A stretch of 64,000 nucleotides of DNA, taken from contig CM074516.1 in assembly GCA_037379345.1 (NCBI GenBank), positions 29,797,626-29,861,625 of the forward strand, written 5' to 3'. A program made the translations under genes and the position numbers. Under the pieces are notes generated by a model. That model ran no database searches. It was not told where the DNA came from and saw only the letters and a program-made list of their open reading frames with translations. Every line of letters starts with the position of its first letter. The stretch's first letter is position 1. Origin of the DNA: Perna viridis. Taxonomy: Eukaryota. Shown piece by piece: positions 13,100 through 26,089 of this stretch.

Positions 13100-13776
13100 T
13101 AATCAAAAAGATAACATAAGAAGTACAAGTAGAGAAGCAAGTTTGTGCTTATTTATATCAATAGCTTTACTAAACTTAGCAACCCATGCAGCGGCTAACT
13201 CTGGTGATGGATGAACACCATCTGGCATTTTTCGAATATGAAAATTTGAAATGCCCATCTTTTCTCTGCTTTACAATAGCCGCGTGGACGAAGGGAGTAA
13301 CAACATCATTTTTGCAATTAACATCTGTAATAAAACAATGTTGCGTATGTAAGGCATCATTCAGAGCCTTTTGCATGGAAGGATAATCTTTGTTTTTATA
13401 ATTTTCAGTCTATGTGCATTCCACATTGAAAAGTTTATAGTAGGAATGGTACAGAAAACAACCTTACAACCAATTTGTTCCATTTGCTCTTGAACAAATA
13501 AAATTTTTTTCTTAAAATGATTCACATGATCTTTGTCCATATCCAAAAAGTTCTCTTCATAGAGAGAGCTTCTATCTCTTTTCAAGGTACAAATATCAGG
13601 TATTCCGGTAAAGACGTAAACAATTTTGATTCCTGGCACGGATTGAAGATCGTGTACAGCCATATTGCATAACTGTCTAATTTTGCCACTAGGAACAACT
13701 CGAACTTCACTGTTAATTCCTCCCTCGCCACGGATACTTTTACCACGACTTGATGCGTAAACGAACGATTTTACCT
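13100..13776 (-). pseudogene. SGNH-hydrolase-like accessory ORF (right-arm copy)
   Basis: ORFs 13361-13663 and 13176-13376 are nearly identical to the left copy, with an extra frameshift near 13230. Confidence 0.55.
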
Positions 13777-13905
13777 CTACAAGAAGAAATGACTCTACTT
13801 AAAGTCTAAATTCCCAAACGAATTTGTCTAAAATGTATTATGAATGTGATAAAAACATTTAAAGACGACTACTGAATCGTGAATTTGCTAACAAAAAAAA
13901 TCAGT

Positions 13906-16376
13906 TCATAGACATGGATAAAGTGAATTAGAATTCACTGCAGATGTTTTTGTTACATTTTGAACAACATCTCCTGGTGGATTCAGGACTGAAGCGAAAT
14001 TCTGATGTGTCACATATATATAAGTATTGAAGGGTTGTCGAAGTATCTGGTTCAACTTATAACGTTGCATAAAACTACAGGGTAGGGAAGTAGGTATATT
14101 AACTGACTGATTTGTGAATAAATTGGTTTCTCTAAATTCAGACCAAACAACAACTAGTTTATTTGTAGGGAATGTCTTCAACATTTGAACGAGTGAACTT
14201 ACAATAAGATGGGCACAATGATAATTCGAGGATAGGGATGACAACACAATTGCCGCCACTAGTAACTTCTAACATTAATTTTGTACAATGAATACTCCTG
14301 GACTTGTATAAATAAAGAACTAAAATCGACAAAAATATCACAACTAAAATGCTAAGAACAACAGAAGCATGTATCAAAGTGAATTCGGACGTTAAAAATT
14401 CTTTTACATTGTTCATAACATTTTGCTCTACTTGAGGTGTATCAGTTGGCTTATAATATATGAATGATGATGCACTTTGAGATCTTACACTAGCCATTTG
14501 CTGCATAACCGTTAAAGACAATGCCATCTTTTTGATTTTACCAAAAAAAAAATGCGAAAGAGAAAAGAGAAAAGAGAAAGACTGGCAACTCCCATACAAA
14601 TGAAAGATAAAATGGCTGTTTTGTCAGGCCAACTTGATTTCAAACTTATCTCTTCAGACAACAATGGTTCTGATAAGGTTTTAAAATCATTTTATCGTCT
14701 TTAGCTGCGTTCGCTATCTTCTTCAAATTTAAGTGGGTTTTTGCATCTGCAGCTAAAACACTTAAAATATTGTGCTCATAAAAATGAAAAAAATGGAATA
14801 GATAGGTAAACTGGTGTCGAAAATAAAGTATCTCCAAGAACCTTAGAAAATTTTTGTTCATCGAAAAATTCTTGTACCAAGGCAAGATTGACTGGATGTA
14901 AAACAGAAAAATGAGGACTTGAATTATAACATTTAACAAGCCTTGGAGAAAAATATAAACTTCTTGTAGAAAGTGAGCATTTGCAAGGTATATCAATAAC
15001 GCAAAATGTACACCCAGGTATCCTTCTTTGGTGTTGAAGACAATCTAAATACATGTCCTCACTATCATAAACAAGCACCGATGTTGATGTTAACTCAATA
15101 ATACTATGCTAAATATGATTTTGTAAAAACCCAAATTTGCATAATTGTGATACCTGGTTGACATTGTTGTGGAACACTGCTGATGAACATTGAGGGCTGG
15201 TTGAAGGAACTAATACCATGTTAAAATTACGAATTATTGTTGAGCCATGCACGCAGTTAGTCAGGTCAACTGATTGCAATGGCAAGAAATAATCATGATC
15301 ATGTGTTAGTGCTAAGAAATAAGGCAAATCAAAGAGCTTAGTCGCATGTTTAGTGAGGTTTTTGTTAGTAGCCGGCAAAGGAAGTGTAATGATTTTGTAT
15401 AGTTGCAATGGACAAACATGTGAACATACAAGAAATCGTACCGTGATATATAGAGGAATGGTTTCTAGTGAACATAAAGTTGGGTGTTGTATAATAATAA
15501 GAGGCATGGAAATGTGTCAGATAAAAACCTGGATAGTATTTAGTTAAAGTGGATTGAATGTTATGTAAAGTCTTAGTAAACACTTGTTTAGGTATAAGAA
15601 AGGGTGAAATGCGTCCTTCCACCAATGACTGGATTGCATTTTGCAGTTGGACAAGGTTAGAATGCAAAGTGTTGAAGTTATTAGTAAGGGTAATTAACAG
15701 TTGAGACATGTTCCTCAAGGAGTGTTGCAACGTCCCTAAAGACTTATTTACTGATTTCGAAAGCTGCCTAATTTCAAAAGAATTATCTTGAATACCTTGC
15801 AACAAGTTTGATGTTTTATCATCGACTACCTTTACAAAAGATGAAAGGTGATCCCCATGTTGCTGGAGAGCTTGTGTAATTTCTCTAGTTCTAACATTTA
15901 CAGCATTAGTATGTTTTGCTTACCACTCAACATCCGACATTGTTGCCGTTCGAAATAAACCTTTGGCTAAAGTGCATTTAAATGGTAAAAGTGACCTCGA
16001 TAACCTTCTACCATGGAAAATATTTGACTGAGGAACAAGGGTACGTATAGTCTTATTTGCTTCTTTCAAATCATGAGTCACAGACGTATGTAAATGACTA
16101 ATAAACGGTACCATGCTGTTGAACTGTGAGCAATTCGTTTGTGTGGCATTGCAGAACTCTGTTTGTGATAATGACAAGACTCTGGGTAAAGGAATCATAA
16201 AAATATGCAGCCATGTCTCTTGTGCGATGAAAAGCTTTGACTCTGGGAGAAACACTACTCCGTAATTCAATCTCTGAATCACACCTTGTGGTGATAGGAC
16301 AACACTTGCGGTGTCACAACTTATGATGACAAGGGGAACTAGAAGGAGACAGCTCCAAAAACTCAAGGAAGGACAT
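13906..16376 (-). pseudogene. env: env-like fusion glycoprotein, full-length but frameshifted
   Basis: Signal-peptide-like start (SFWSCLLLVPLVIISC), QRLNYGVVF, furin-type site RRLSR followed by fusion-peptide-like SLLPF..TLAKGLF.TATMSDV, heptad region, Cys-rich domain, TM segment. Confidence 0.8.
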
Positions 16377-16928
16377 ACAATGATATCAAAAGAGAAAATT
16401 TGATATGTTAATAATTACTTCAAATGACTGTAGCCAACGTCTCAGCATACAATCTAGCACTATGAAACAAGCAGTTAGAAACTACAAGAATACTTCAAAA
16501 GCATTTCCAATTTTCTGGGATTGAATCATCAATTTACCCTTAGTCATAGACAATTAACCTATATTTGAAGCAAATGTCTCAAAGCGCGCAATTCTTCTTA
16601 GCACCATTACCAACAGGCATTGTTGTTTAAGTTGTACAAGTGAGTCAATACACTATAAATGTTCAAACATGAAATTTGGTTACAACGTTGCTAGTTGCAC
16701 TCAGATTTTTGGTGTCAAGTACCACACTCTAACACATAAATCAATTGGTGGTGTCTCAAAACCACTCTCGAAACACAAAATAAACATGTGGTGTAGCAAT
16801 ACCTCAATGAAAATGAAATGAATTAATTACTCTTCATCAACAAACTTAGGTGAATAGAGCCCAAGAGAAACATAAAACACCTATTAAATATGGTTAGAAC
16901 GAGCCTGCACACTTTAACTTAAGAGTAA

Positions 16929-19230
16929 CTAGAGACTGCAAAAACTGTGAAAGCTAAGATACTCTCTATCGAAAATGACTTTTCCTACGTTTGCCCTTTT
17001 TGTCCATTTTGAGTCAATGACAGCTAGTTGATCATCATCAAAAGATTCATCTGGCTCCCATGAGCATGAGCCATCTTCCCAATTGACTAATATTTCTCTA
17101 CGACCACCCTCAAATCTTCCCCTAACAAGTTTCTTTATGCGATACTTCACAGCGGGATCAACAGGAGTTTGAGATGTTGGAAGGTTTTGTGAAACAGGGG
17201 CAGGTTCATTATCATTATCACTCAAAGATTCAATGTCTGCCTCAGGGTCATTATCAATCTGTGGAGGATTGTTAACCCACAAGTTTCTCCTTATTGGATC
17301 AGGGTGCATGTAAAGTTGCAAGTTTGTTGCATTGATAAGGAAAGCCTGACGCTTTTGATCTTACTCTTCGAATTCCATATGTGAAATTTGGTCCAATTTC
17401 CTCAATGCGATAAGGACCATTAGCCTTGTCACAGAGTTTTCTAGCTTGACCTTTGGGAAACTTGTGGTATTTCAACAATACAAGGTCTCCTATAGCAAAT
17501 CGTTGAGTTCTTGCATTTCTATCATGCCTGACTTTGTTCTTTTCCTTTTGTGCACTTTCATTCTGAGAAGCAATTGTATGATTCTGAATCAGCCACAACA
17601 TAGCTTTTACCTGACCTATGTATAATATCAAACAGAAGCTCCTGTAATTTTAGCATCCATCTTGCTAAACGACCTGTGTGTTTGGCTGTCTTCAACCAAA
17701 TGGGACCCCGATGATCAGTTACAACAGTGAAATGGTTATGTGAGATGAAATGTCGAAAAGTCTCTACACCTTTAAGAATAGCTAAGAGTTCCTTCTCTGC
17801 GGTTGTGTAATTTCTCTCCTCTTTAGTCAAGGTTTTGTTCCCATAAGCAATAATATACTCCTATTTTTCATCATCTAATTGACCAGGAACGAAGCCAGCA
17901 GCAACATCTGAACTATCACATGTAAGAATGAAAGGTCTCTCGAGATCTTTGTAGCCAAGAATAGGGGCAGGGACTAAGGAATGCTTGAGAGTTTCAAAAG
18001 CCGTCTGACACTTAGGTGTCCACTGGAGCCTAACTGGCTGATCTTTGTGAAGGAGAGCATTCATTGGAGCAATTATTTTGTTGAAGTCCTTGATAAACCT
18101 TCGATAGAAATTTACCATACCCAGTACTGAATGTAACTGTTTTTGAGTTTTAGGGACTGGGACATTGTTGCCTCTGTTTTCTCATGATCGACCTTGACAC
18201 CTTCACGAGATATGATGTAACCTAGAAATTTCAATTCCTGCACTGCAAAATTAGCCTCATGTAACCTGTCAAAATCCTGGGACAAATGACTGAGATGTTC
18301 TTCAAATGTATGAGAGAAAACCAAAATATCATCCACATACACCAAGAGAAATTTCCAATTTAAGCCCCTAAGAACATCGGACATCATTGCCTGGAAAGTA
18401 ATAGGACTTTTCATCAGACCAAACGGCATGCTTGTGAATTGGTAGATTCCTGACTGAGTGGTAAAAGAACTTTTATGCTTGCTCTCGTCAGACAATGGCA
18501 CTTGATGGAGACCAGATTTTAAATCAACACAAGAAACGTATTGAGCCTTTGCCTCCCAAATGGCGTCGAAACCCCTGTTAAGATGAGGTAGAGGAAAAGA
18601 TTGGGGAACAGTGACAGTATTTAATTTTCTGTAGTCAATTGCCATCCTCATTTCACCAGACTTTTTGAAGCACATGACTACTGGTGAAGCTCAATTAGAA
18701 GTAGATGGTTCGACAATACCAAGCTTTTGAAACTCTGCGATCTTGTTCCGCCCTACCTTTACGTGCTTGCCTATAAGGAGCCGATCTGATTGGTTTTGCA
18801 CCTGAGATAGTTTCAATGTGGCGTTGATAGAAGAGAGTGCAAACAAGTTGATCCATTGATGTTGCAAAGACAGATTTGTTCTTTTGTAAGAAGGCCAAAA
18901 GTTTCCGTTTTTCCTCAGGCGATCAACAAGAGGTTTCCAAATCAAAGGATAACCCACTAGAAGAAACCGAAGGTGTAGAACTGGAACGAGTTTGAGTCTT
19001 TGACGAACTAGGACTTGTGTCATCTAGAGAGTAGATTTGTTCCGTTTGAACAGATGAGATCTTAGCAACTACTTTGTGAGCCCTAATTTTGACATCTGAA
19101 TTTGTTGGATTTAGAACTCGTATCACAGCCTTTCCTTTGTGAACTTTAACAAGACACTTAGCTATAAATGAATTTTCAGGTAGCTGACATTTAGCCTCAG
19201 TTGGTTCCAAGAGAATTGTACTATTGTCAG
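16929..19230 (-). pseudogene. pol: Gypsy pol: RT, RNase H, integrase C-terminus (GPY/F) and chromodomain-like tail
   Basis: RMAIDYRKLN, DLKSGLHQ, MPFGL, YVDD; FILTCDSS, RNYTTAEKELLAI, TDHR; KLCDKANGPYRI; YRIKKLVRGRFEGGRREILVNWEDGSCSWEP. Multiple frameshifts. Confidence 0.9.
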
Positions 19231-22200
19231 CTTGTAATTTTTATGTTGTGTATGGTATATACATTCCATTGACGCATCTTGTATTTCAGTAGCGGTCAGT
19301 TCAACATTGTAGCATTTCCCCTTTCTCTTTAATTTGTTCACGAATCCCAAAACATAAGACGTCACACGCAATAGTTTTTGAAATGACGAATATCGGCTAA
19401 TGTCTATGATGTTGCTAATTCCACGAATATGCTCTGCTTGTGTGTGTTGATTTTTCACGGATTTTGTCCTTCTTGTTCGGTTTCTGCAGAATTCTCTTGG
19501 GTTTGTCCATTCATGAGTTTTTGATTCATCCACAATCCATTATTGACATTGCATCTATAATTCATTATGCATAAATTTGTCGGTGGACATTCCACGGTTA
19601 AGTAGTTAGGCGGGATTCGATTCCATCGGACAAAGGTTCCATTCCTATCCAGCGGTGATTTCTTTGATTTTCGGGACTCTGTTCCTCACGAATAATATTT
19701 CTCTGACTTCAGCCAACTTAACACTATCTGACTGTTGCTCCAATGTATTCAAAGTCTAAATATTCCGTTAGATGCGTTAGCAAACGGACTCCTAAAACTG
19801 CGACCTTAAGTTCAAGTTAAGGGATTGTCATGACGCTACTTTCTTTCTAGCCATTCTATAAGTAGCTTGGTTGTCGTGTACTAAATACACACAAGTGCCG
19901 TACGCTTTCATACTTACGTCCGTGACGATATCCAGTTTTGTTCCTTTGTTTTCTGAATACTTGTCGAAATAGTAGCGCGGAAATTCAAGTTGAGTACATT
20001 CATTTGTGTCATGTCCTATTTTATGTCCATTCTGTTACGATCTTTGATGGTAACAGTACGCCCCAATCTGCTTTGCTTTCCTACATTCCCTGCATTACGA
20101 TCTTGCTCCTAACTGTAACGGGCCTAATGACCCTTAACTGATCAAATATTTGAGATGATTTGTGTAAGACTTGTCGTTTCGTTACGTTGCAGGTCGTTGA
20201 ATTTGAATTTTGCGCAAATATCAATATATCACGTTTAAAGTCCCATCTCAAACCTAGAACATTGATGATTTTGTTCTTCTCCAATACGTTTTCCTGTATG
20301 GCATGTTCTCTAAGTGGTTGATAGTTGGATGCCTACGGGCTTAAGTTAAGCCTGTTTCTGTAAAAGGAATACATGACGCATCAATGGTTGATTGATTGTT
20401 GGAGTTTAACGCCCGAGTAGCAATATTTCCGCTAAATACAGACGGTGAACATGAAGTGGATGATAAAATGAACATGAAATAATGATGAAATGAAAAATGG
20501 GATGGGGCACAAGGATAAAGGGGTCGACAAATTTTGATTGCCACTGGAAATAGGGAAAGGTGGGTAGGGTCGGGCAATTTAGCCTCCTGTGGCGGAGCCC
20601 TGTGGTTCCTACTACGGGAGAATACCACAGTAGATTTCTTTAACGTGCGAGGAACGTGGTATCATCAAAGAATTTGATCCAATCTTCCTTGTTCTGAAAA
20701 TTCGAAATTACGTTGTCAACATACAAGTCCTTGTGTATAGTTTCCGTCCATTGTTTCCATTCTCTTTCAAATGTTTGTAAATGACGGCATGGAGTATAAA
20801 TGGTGAGCACGGTGCTCCGAATTGGACGGACTTAAATCTGTATGTAGTCAGTTTACTTGTGATCTCTCAACCTATGAAATCTTGCTCCTCAACTTTCTCA
20901 AAAAAGCTTCTTCGATCTTGATCGGCAATGGTATCTTCATAACTCTGCAGAATAGTTTCTTCTCGACTGAACCTTCTGACTATGTTCACAATTCATAATC
21001 AGTTTATTGTCCGGTAGTGGCGGCTTTTCTTCTATCCAGGGTAACTTTAGACTTGCTACAAGTCTAGGGTAACTTTGCAAAGTAACGGTAATCATGGTAA
21101 CTAAATACGATTCTTCATACTGCTCTTGGACTTTGCTCTCTATAGATGTACTGATTTAATTTCATATCTTGCTGCTTCTTCTCTCCAAACCTCTCAGGAT
21201 CAACTTCTTCTGTTTTGTGCATGACTAGAACGTTCATCATTGACGTAGTTTGTGCTCCATGCACTGACTTCTCTGCCAACCAACCGGACAACATATAGCA
21301 GCCCTTTGATTTACAGGCTTCTGGACCATTTTCTCTTTTTACTCTATCTTCGACTACGGGTCAGTAATAATCAGCTCCAATTAACATCAAAATATGTGGG
21401 TCTCTGTGGGTAATTAGATGCGCTAACATCAATCCAGTTAAATGTCTTAGATTTTCTGTTTTGTAGTTGTATATTTTTCGTCGGCGCTGCGATTTCCGGA
21501 ACGATCAATACTTTCAGTTTAACTTTCCATCATCCGTAATTAAGTGTATGGTGTCGGTTTTCAGGTGTCGAACCTTCATACTTTGTTTAGTATCACCAAA
21601 TCCAGACAAGTTCACGATCTTGGTTCCACCTTTTTTTTAATTCGAGTTATTCAAGTTAACTCCTCGGTAATAAAGGACCTCTGTGCTTTCATATACTGTG
21701 TGTCTGAGCTAACTTGTGTTACAGCAGTTTTGAGTAGAACATTTGTATGCGTCTTTGTATGAAGAATAGTGCCATAGATTCATGCGTACCCGCCTTGCGT
21801 TGAATAGTGCTAATGTTCACGTTTTTCTCGCTGTGTTGGCTATTCTATTCAGATATGTAATACAGGCTAGTATGGTGGCGTTTTTTACGTTTTTCCACAT
21901 GTTTGTTTTCATTTGCAGTTTGAAATTATATGATGGCCAAGACAATTGAAAAAGACGGTCTTTTTTACACTTTTTTCTCTCTTTTGTGTCAGTGATCTTT
22001 TCACAGTTAACGGATGCTTGTCATTACAAAATGCACATACAGGGGACAATTTGCATGCATTTGTATCAGGTTTTCTGATTTAAATTCCCCAGGATGACTT
22101 ACGTGACTTTGCGTTCGTTATCTGACATAGTATCTGTACCAGCTTCCATAATAACTGATGAAATATGCACTATCTCAGTTCATCTAATGTCCAGTTAATT

Positions 22201-22250
22201 GTAAGAATGCTACATATATCTCATGGTAGTTTCTCTAGACAAATAAGAGA
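19231..22250 (-). mobile_element. BEL/Pao element A, truncated inverted copy
   Basis: Reverse complement of ~26090-29113; VLGLRWD, NPA..LxRG, IDISRYSSFQKLLRVTSYV. Confidence 0.85.
20385..20662 (-). mobile_element. SINE (5'-truncated) inserted in BEL element A, left-arm copy
   Basis: (CAAT)n-type tail, flanked by CATCAA direct repeats; homologous to 27682-27959 and 51891-52135. Confidence 0.65.
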
Positions 22251-22256
22251 ATTACG

Positions 22257-24824
22257 ATGGAAGTAGTAATCGTACGGAAGATTGCATCCCCGATTCAAAT
22301 GAAATCGCGTCCTCATCGTGCCTTAAAGGGTTACTGCGCATCCAATATCAGCCAAAGAAGATTCACAGGAATTAGAACATTAGAACTCACAAATTCTAAA
22401 CTACTGCAGATTCGGAGAAAACATTCCTACACGTACAGTTTACGTAAAGAACCGATTTATTATTAGATACCTCCGGCTAAATTACTCAGTAGATGCGAAA
22501 AGCATATTCACGACTTATCATTTTCCCAACAAGGGAATAGATGCTTTTAACGTAGGCAGAAATATTAGAAAATAGATTGTACGTAAACATCATTTTGACG
22601 AGCTTCGATGATGAAGTGAAATATTACCATGAGTCTCAAAATTCATTGAGCAAAGGTGAATTTAACTTACGCACATATAATACAAACAGCATGAAGCTAC
22701 AAGACATGTCAGAAAGAGCGAACACTTTAGACACCGATAAACAAACTAAGGTACTCCGATTGAAATGGAACACGAATACTGACATACTGATGTTTCAACA
22801 AAATCAAGACAAGATACAACAAAAGGGAAATACCAAGCCTTAAATCCTTAGAGAGTCGTCAACGAATTTTGATCCATTAGGTCTACTCAGCCGGATAATA
22901 GTGAAATTCAAAATCTTTATTAAGTCATTATGGAGACACAATTTCAAATGGAATCAATTACTTCCAGTATATATCGAAGCAGAATGGAGAAAATTAGGAT
23001 GGCCCTAACCGAAGTTTTGAACCAGTTTCGATAGGAGTCTAATCATTGCCAATGAGGATACACTGACTCTTCATGTATTTACCAATGCATCAACAAAAGT
23101 GTACGAGGCATGCGACTATGTACAGGCCAAAAGTTCACCAAGTGCTAAATTGATAATGGCAAAAATCGAGGTGTCCCTATCAAACATATAACTCTGCCCA
23201 AACTGGAACTGAATGGAAGTGTTATTGATAACAAGACACGTATCCCACAACTTACTTGGAATTGACAAAATGTATTTCAGTGTGATGGCCAAACAACAGA
23301 AACAGTTCACTCATAATAGGGTCATGGAAATAAAAGAACTTTTCGATGAAAATCATTGGATGTATTGTCCGACAGCAGCCAATCAGGCAGATCTACTTAG
23401 ACGTGGTATTTCAAGCGAGAATTCGACAAACTATACACTTTTGCTCAATGAACCGCGATGGTTAACTGATAAACAGCAATGGCCGAAATGGGATAACAAC
23501 AGTGCTACAGCTACCTATACGGAATGCCTTAGCAACGAGAATCTTGATTCACAGGGTGATATCTGAAAAGTCATAGATATCAACAAATAAAGCAACTGCC
23601 GTATGTTGATACGAATTACAGGATACGTTATGCGATTTATTTACAATTGTAGAGTGAAAAAAGATACCACGCTACAAAAAAAAAAAAAACTATTCAAAAT
23701 AGATGAGTTAAATAATGCAATACGACACAAAGTATATACAAGACACTCAACGGAGGGCATACAGAGACGAACTAGCTTGTATTATACACAAAATGTGCGA
23801 ATTGATACGATAGTTGAAACTTTTACTCGACGAACACGACATTCTACTAAGCAGTGGTCGTATAGAATACACAAATGTTTCAGTAGAATTTGTTACCTAC
23901 CAGAGTTCGTTTAAAAGATTTGATAATTGATTCAGGTATCAACAGCACGCTTAACTACATTCAGCAAACATTTTGGATTCCGAGATTGAGAAATGCTGTG
24001 AAATCAAAACTGAACAAATGCATCATATGTCGTAAAGTCATCGCAAAACCTTATTCTACCCCTGACATTCGGCCCTTATCAAAAGAACGAGTTGAGGAAA
24101 ACACACCATTTAACATCACAGGAGTAGACTTTACAGTAGCGCTTACCGTACTAAACAAATACAATGAGGAATTAAAGGTAGGTATACGTTTGCCTTTTCA
24201 CTTGTGCCGTAACTAGAGCGTTGCACCTAGAATTAGTTCCGAACCTTACAGAAAAGTGCTTCATACGGTGCGTTTTACAGTTTGCGATTTTATGCAACTC
24301 CTATACTGTTAAAAAGCGGCACAACAATGCAGAACTCTTTGGGTCGGAAGATGATTGAAGCGATTATTAGGACTAACTGAAACGTCATTTTAAAAAGTGC
24401 TAGGACGTGCGCTTGTGGATGAGTAAACTCTTAGAACTATTCTTACCTAGATCGAAGCAACATGAAAAGACATACTGATCACACACCTTGTTACCGACAG
24501 TCGAGATAAAGGACTGCTCACCTTCTTTATTGATGTATACTTAGGTGGTACCGTATTTGCGAGATAACATTACAATCAAAAGACAAATTGATATAAATTC
24601 ACATCTTTAACTTAATAAACATGCATCGAAACAAAGAGAGCTTCTTGACAGTTTTGGATCACGATGGAAAGGAGAATATTTAGTGTCACTCGGAGACTAT
24701 CATCAAGGGACAGGTGTTTGTTTAAATTCATGACGTAGGAAAGCGAGTATTTTGAAGAGTTGGAGTCATACAGGACGTCATCACTGAAAAGATGGACACG
24801 AGATGCGATGGTCCGTACGAGGAC
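22257..24824 (+). mobile_element. BEL/Pao element B relic (RT, RNase H, integrase, C-terminal DUF5641-type region)
   Basis: KVLRLKWN, FDPLGLLS, LHVFTNAS, LPKLEL, YCPTAANQADLLRRG, FWIPRLR..CIIC, TGVDFT, RWKGEYLVSL. Heavily disabled. Confidence 0.85.
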
Positions 24825-26085
24825 TATGTTTGATAGGGCCGACTCGATTCTTTGCCATTATCAATTTTGCACTTGGTGAACTTTTGGCCTGTACATAGTC
24901 GCATGCCCCGTACACTTTTGTTGATGCATTGGTAAATACATGAAGAGTCAGTGTATCCTCATTGGCAATGATAAGACTCCTATCGAAACTGGTTCAAAAC
25001 TTCGGTTAGGGCCATCCTAATTTTCTCCATTCCGCTTCGATATATACTGGAAGTAATTGATTCCATTTGAAATTGTGTCTCCATAATGACTTAATAAAGA
25101 TTTTGAATTTCATTATTATCCGGCTGAGTAGACCTAATGGATCAAAATTCGTTGACGACTCTCTAAGGATTAAAGGCTTGGTATTTCCCTTTTGTTGTAT
25201 CTTGTCTTGATTTTGTTGAAACATCAGTATGTCAGTATTCGTGTTCCATTTCAATCGGAGTACCTTAGTTTGTTTATCGGTGTCTAAAGTGTTCGCTCTT
25301 TCTGACATGTCTTGTAGCTTCATGCTGTTTGTATTATATGTGCGTAAGTTAAATTCACCTTTGCTCAATGAATTTTGAGACTCATGGTAATATTTCACTT
25401 CATCATCGAAGCTCGTCAAAATGATGTTTACGTACAATCTATTTTCTAATATTTCTGCCTACGTTAAAAGCATCTATTCCCTTGTTGGGAAAATGATAAG
25501 TCGTGAATATGCTTTTCGCATCTACTGAGTAACTTAGCCGGAGGTATCTAATAATAAATCGGTTCTTTACGTAAACTGTACGTGTAGGAATGTTTTCTCC
25601 GAATCTGCAGTAGTTTAGAATTTGTGAGTTCTAATGGTCTAATTCCTGTGATGTCATTCATTAGTTCCCAGTGTCATCTTTGCAACTACAATAATGTCTC
25701 TCCCGCATATTCAAATTACATCGGCATGGTTCTTAACATTGTTCATATAGGTTAATCCGAGTATTTCTAGATTCCAGAACTTTTCTAAGTCAAATCTCAC
25801 GACTTCTTGGTCGATTAGAATGTTCATCATTGATGACTAGCCTGATTTTGCTTTCTTTTTTCGTCATACGAAATATCCCAGCTTCGACTTCGCTGCAGTT
25901 GGTCCCTCACCTCTCACAATTTTGTCCTATACCGCTGACCACTAGAATCTGACCTATCAGTAGGGATGTATTGAATCTTCTTTGGCTGATATTTGATGCG
26001 CAGTAACCCTTTAAGGCACGATGAGGACGCGATTTCATTTGAATCGGGGATGCAATCTTCCGTACGATTACTACTTCCATCGTAA
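24825..26085 (-). mobile_element. BEL/Pao element B, truncated inverted copy
   Basis: Reverse complement of 22257-23188, plus ~320 bp (25649-25972) deleted from the left copy. Confidence 0.8.
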
Positions 26086-26089
26086 TTCT

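Larger units (their letters stand above)
1..15800. repeat. large inverted duplication, arms 1-5336 and 10398-15800 (left arm probably extends upstream of window), spacer 5337-10397
   Basis: Position 1 GCAAGGTATT is the reverse complement of 15791-15800. ORF pairs are near-identical (722-1024 vs 14776-15078; 2118-2420 vs 13361-13663). Inner homology ends at GTTCCGTATG (5336) / CATACGGAAC (10398). Confidence 0.95.
10597..19230 (-). mobile_element. 5'-truncated Ty3/Gypsy LTR retrotransposon / endogenous retrovirus-like element (pol-env-SGNH-PPT-LTR)
   Basis: Gypsy order RT-RNaseH-IN, followed by env-like ORF, SGNH ORF, PPT and LTR. gag, protease and 5' LTR are missing; cut at 19230 by the BEL arm. 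Confidence 0.9.

Noticed and set aside
20341-20628. Conserved small protein family (also 27716-28003, 51968-52201)
   Set aside because: These are translations of SINE copies, one with a clear 14-bp TSD.
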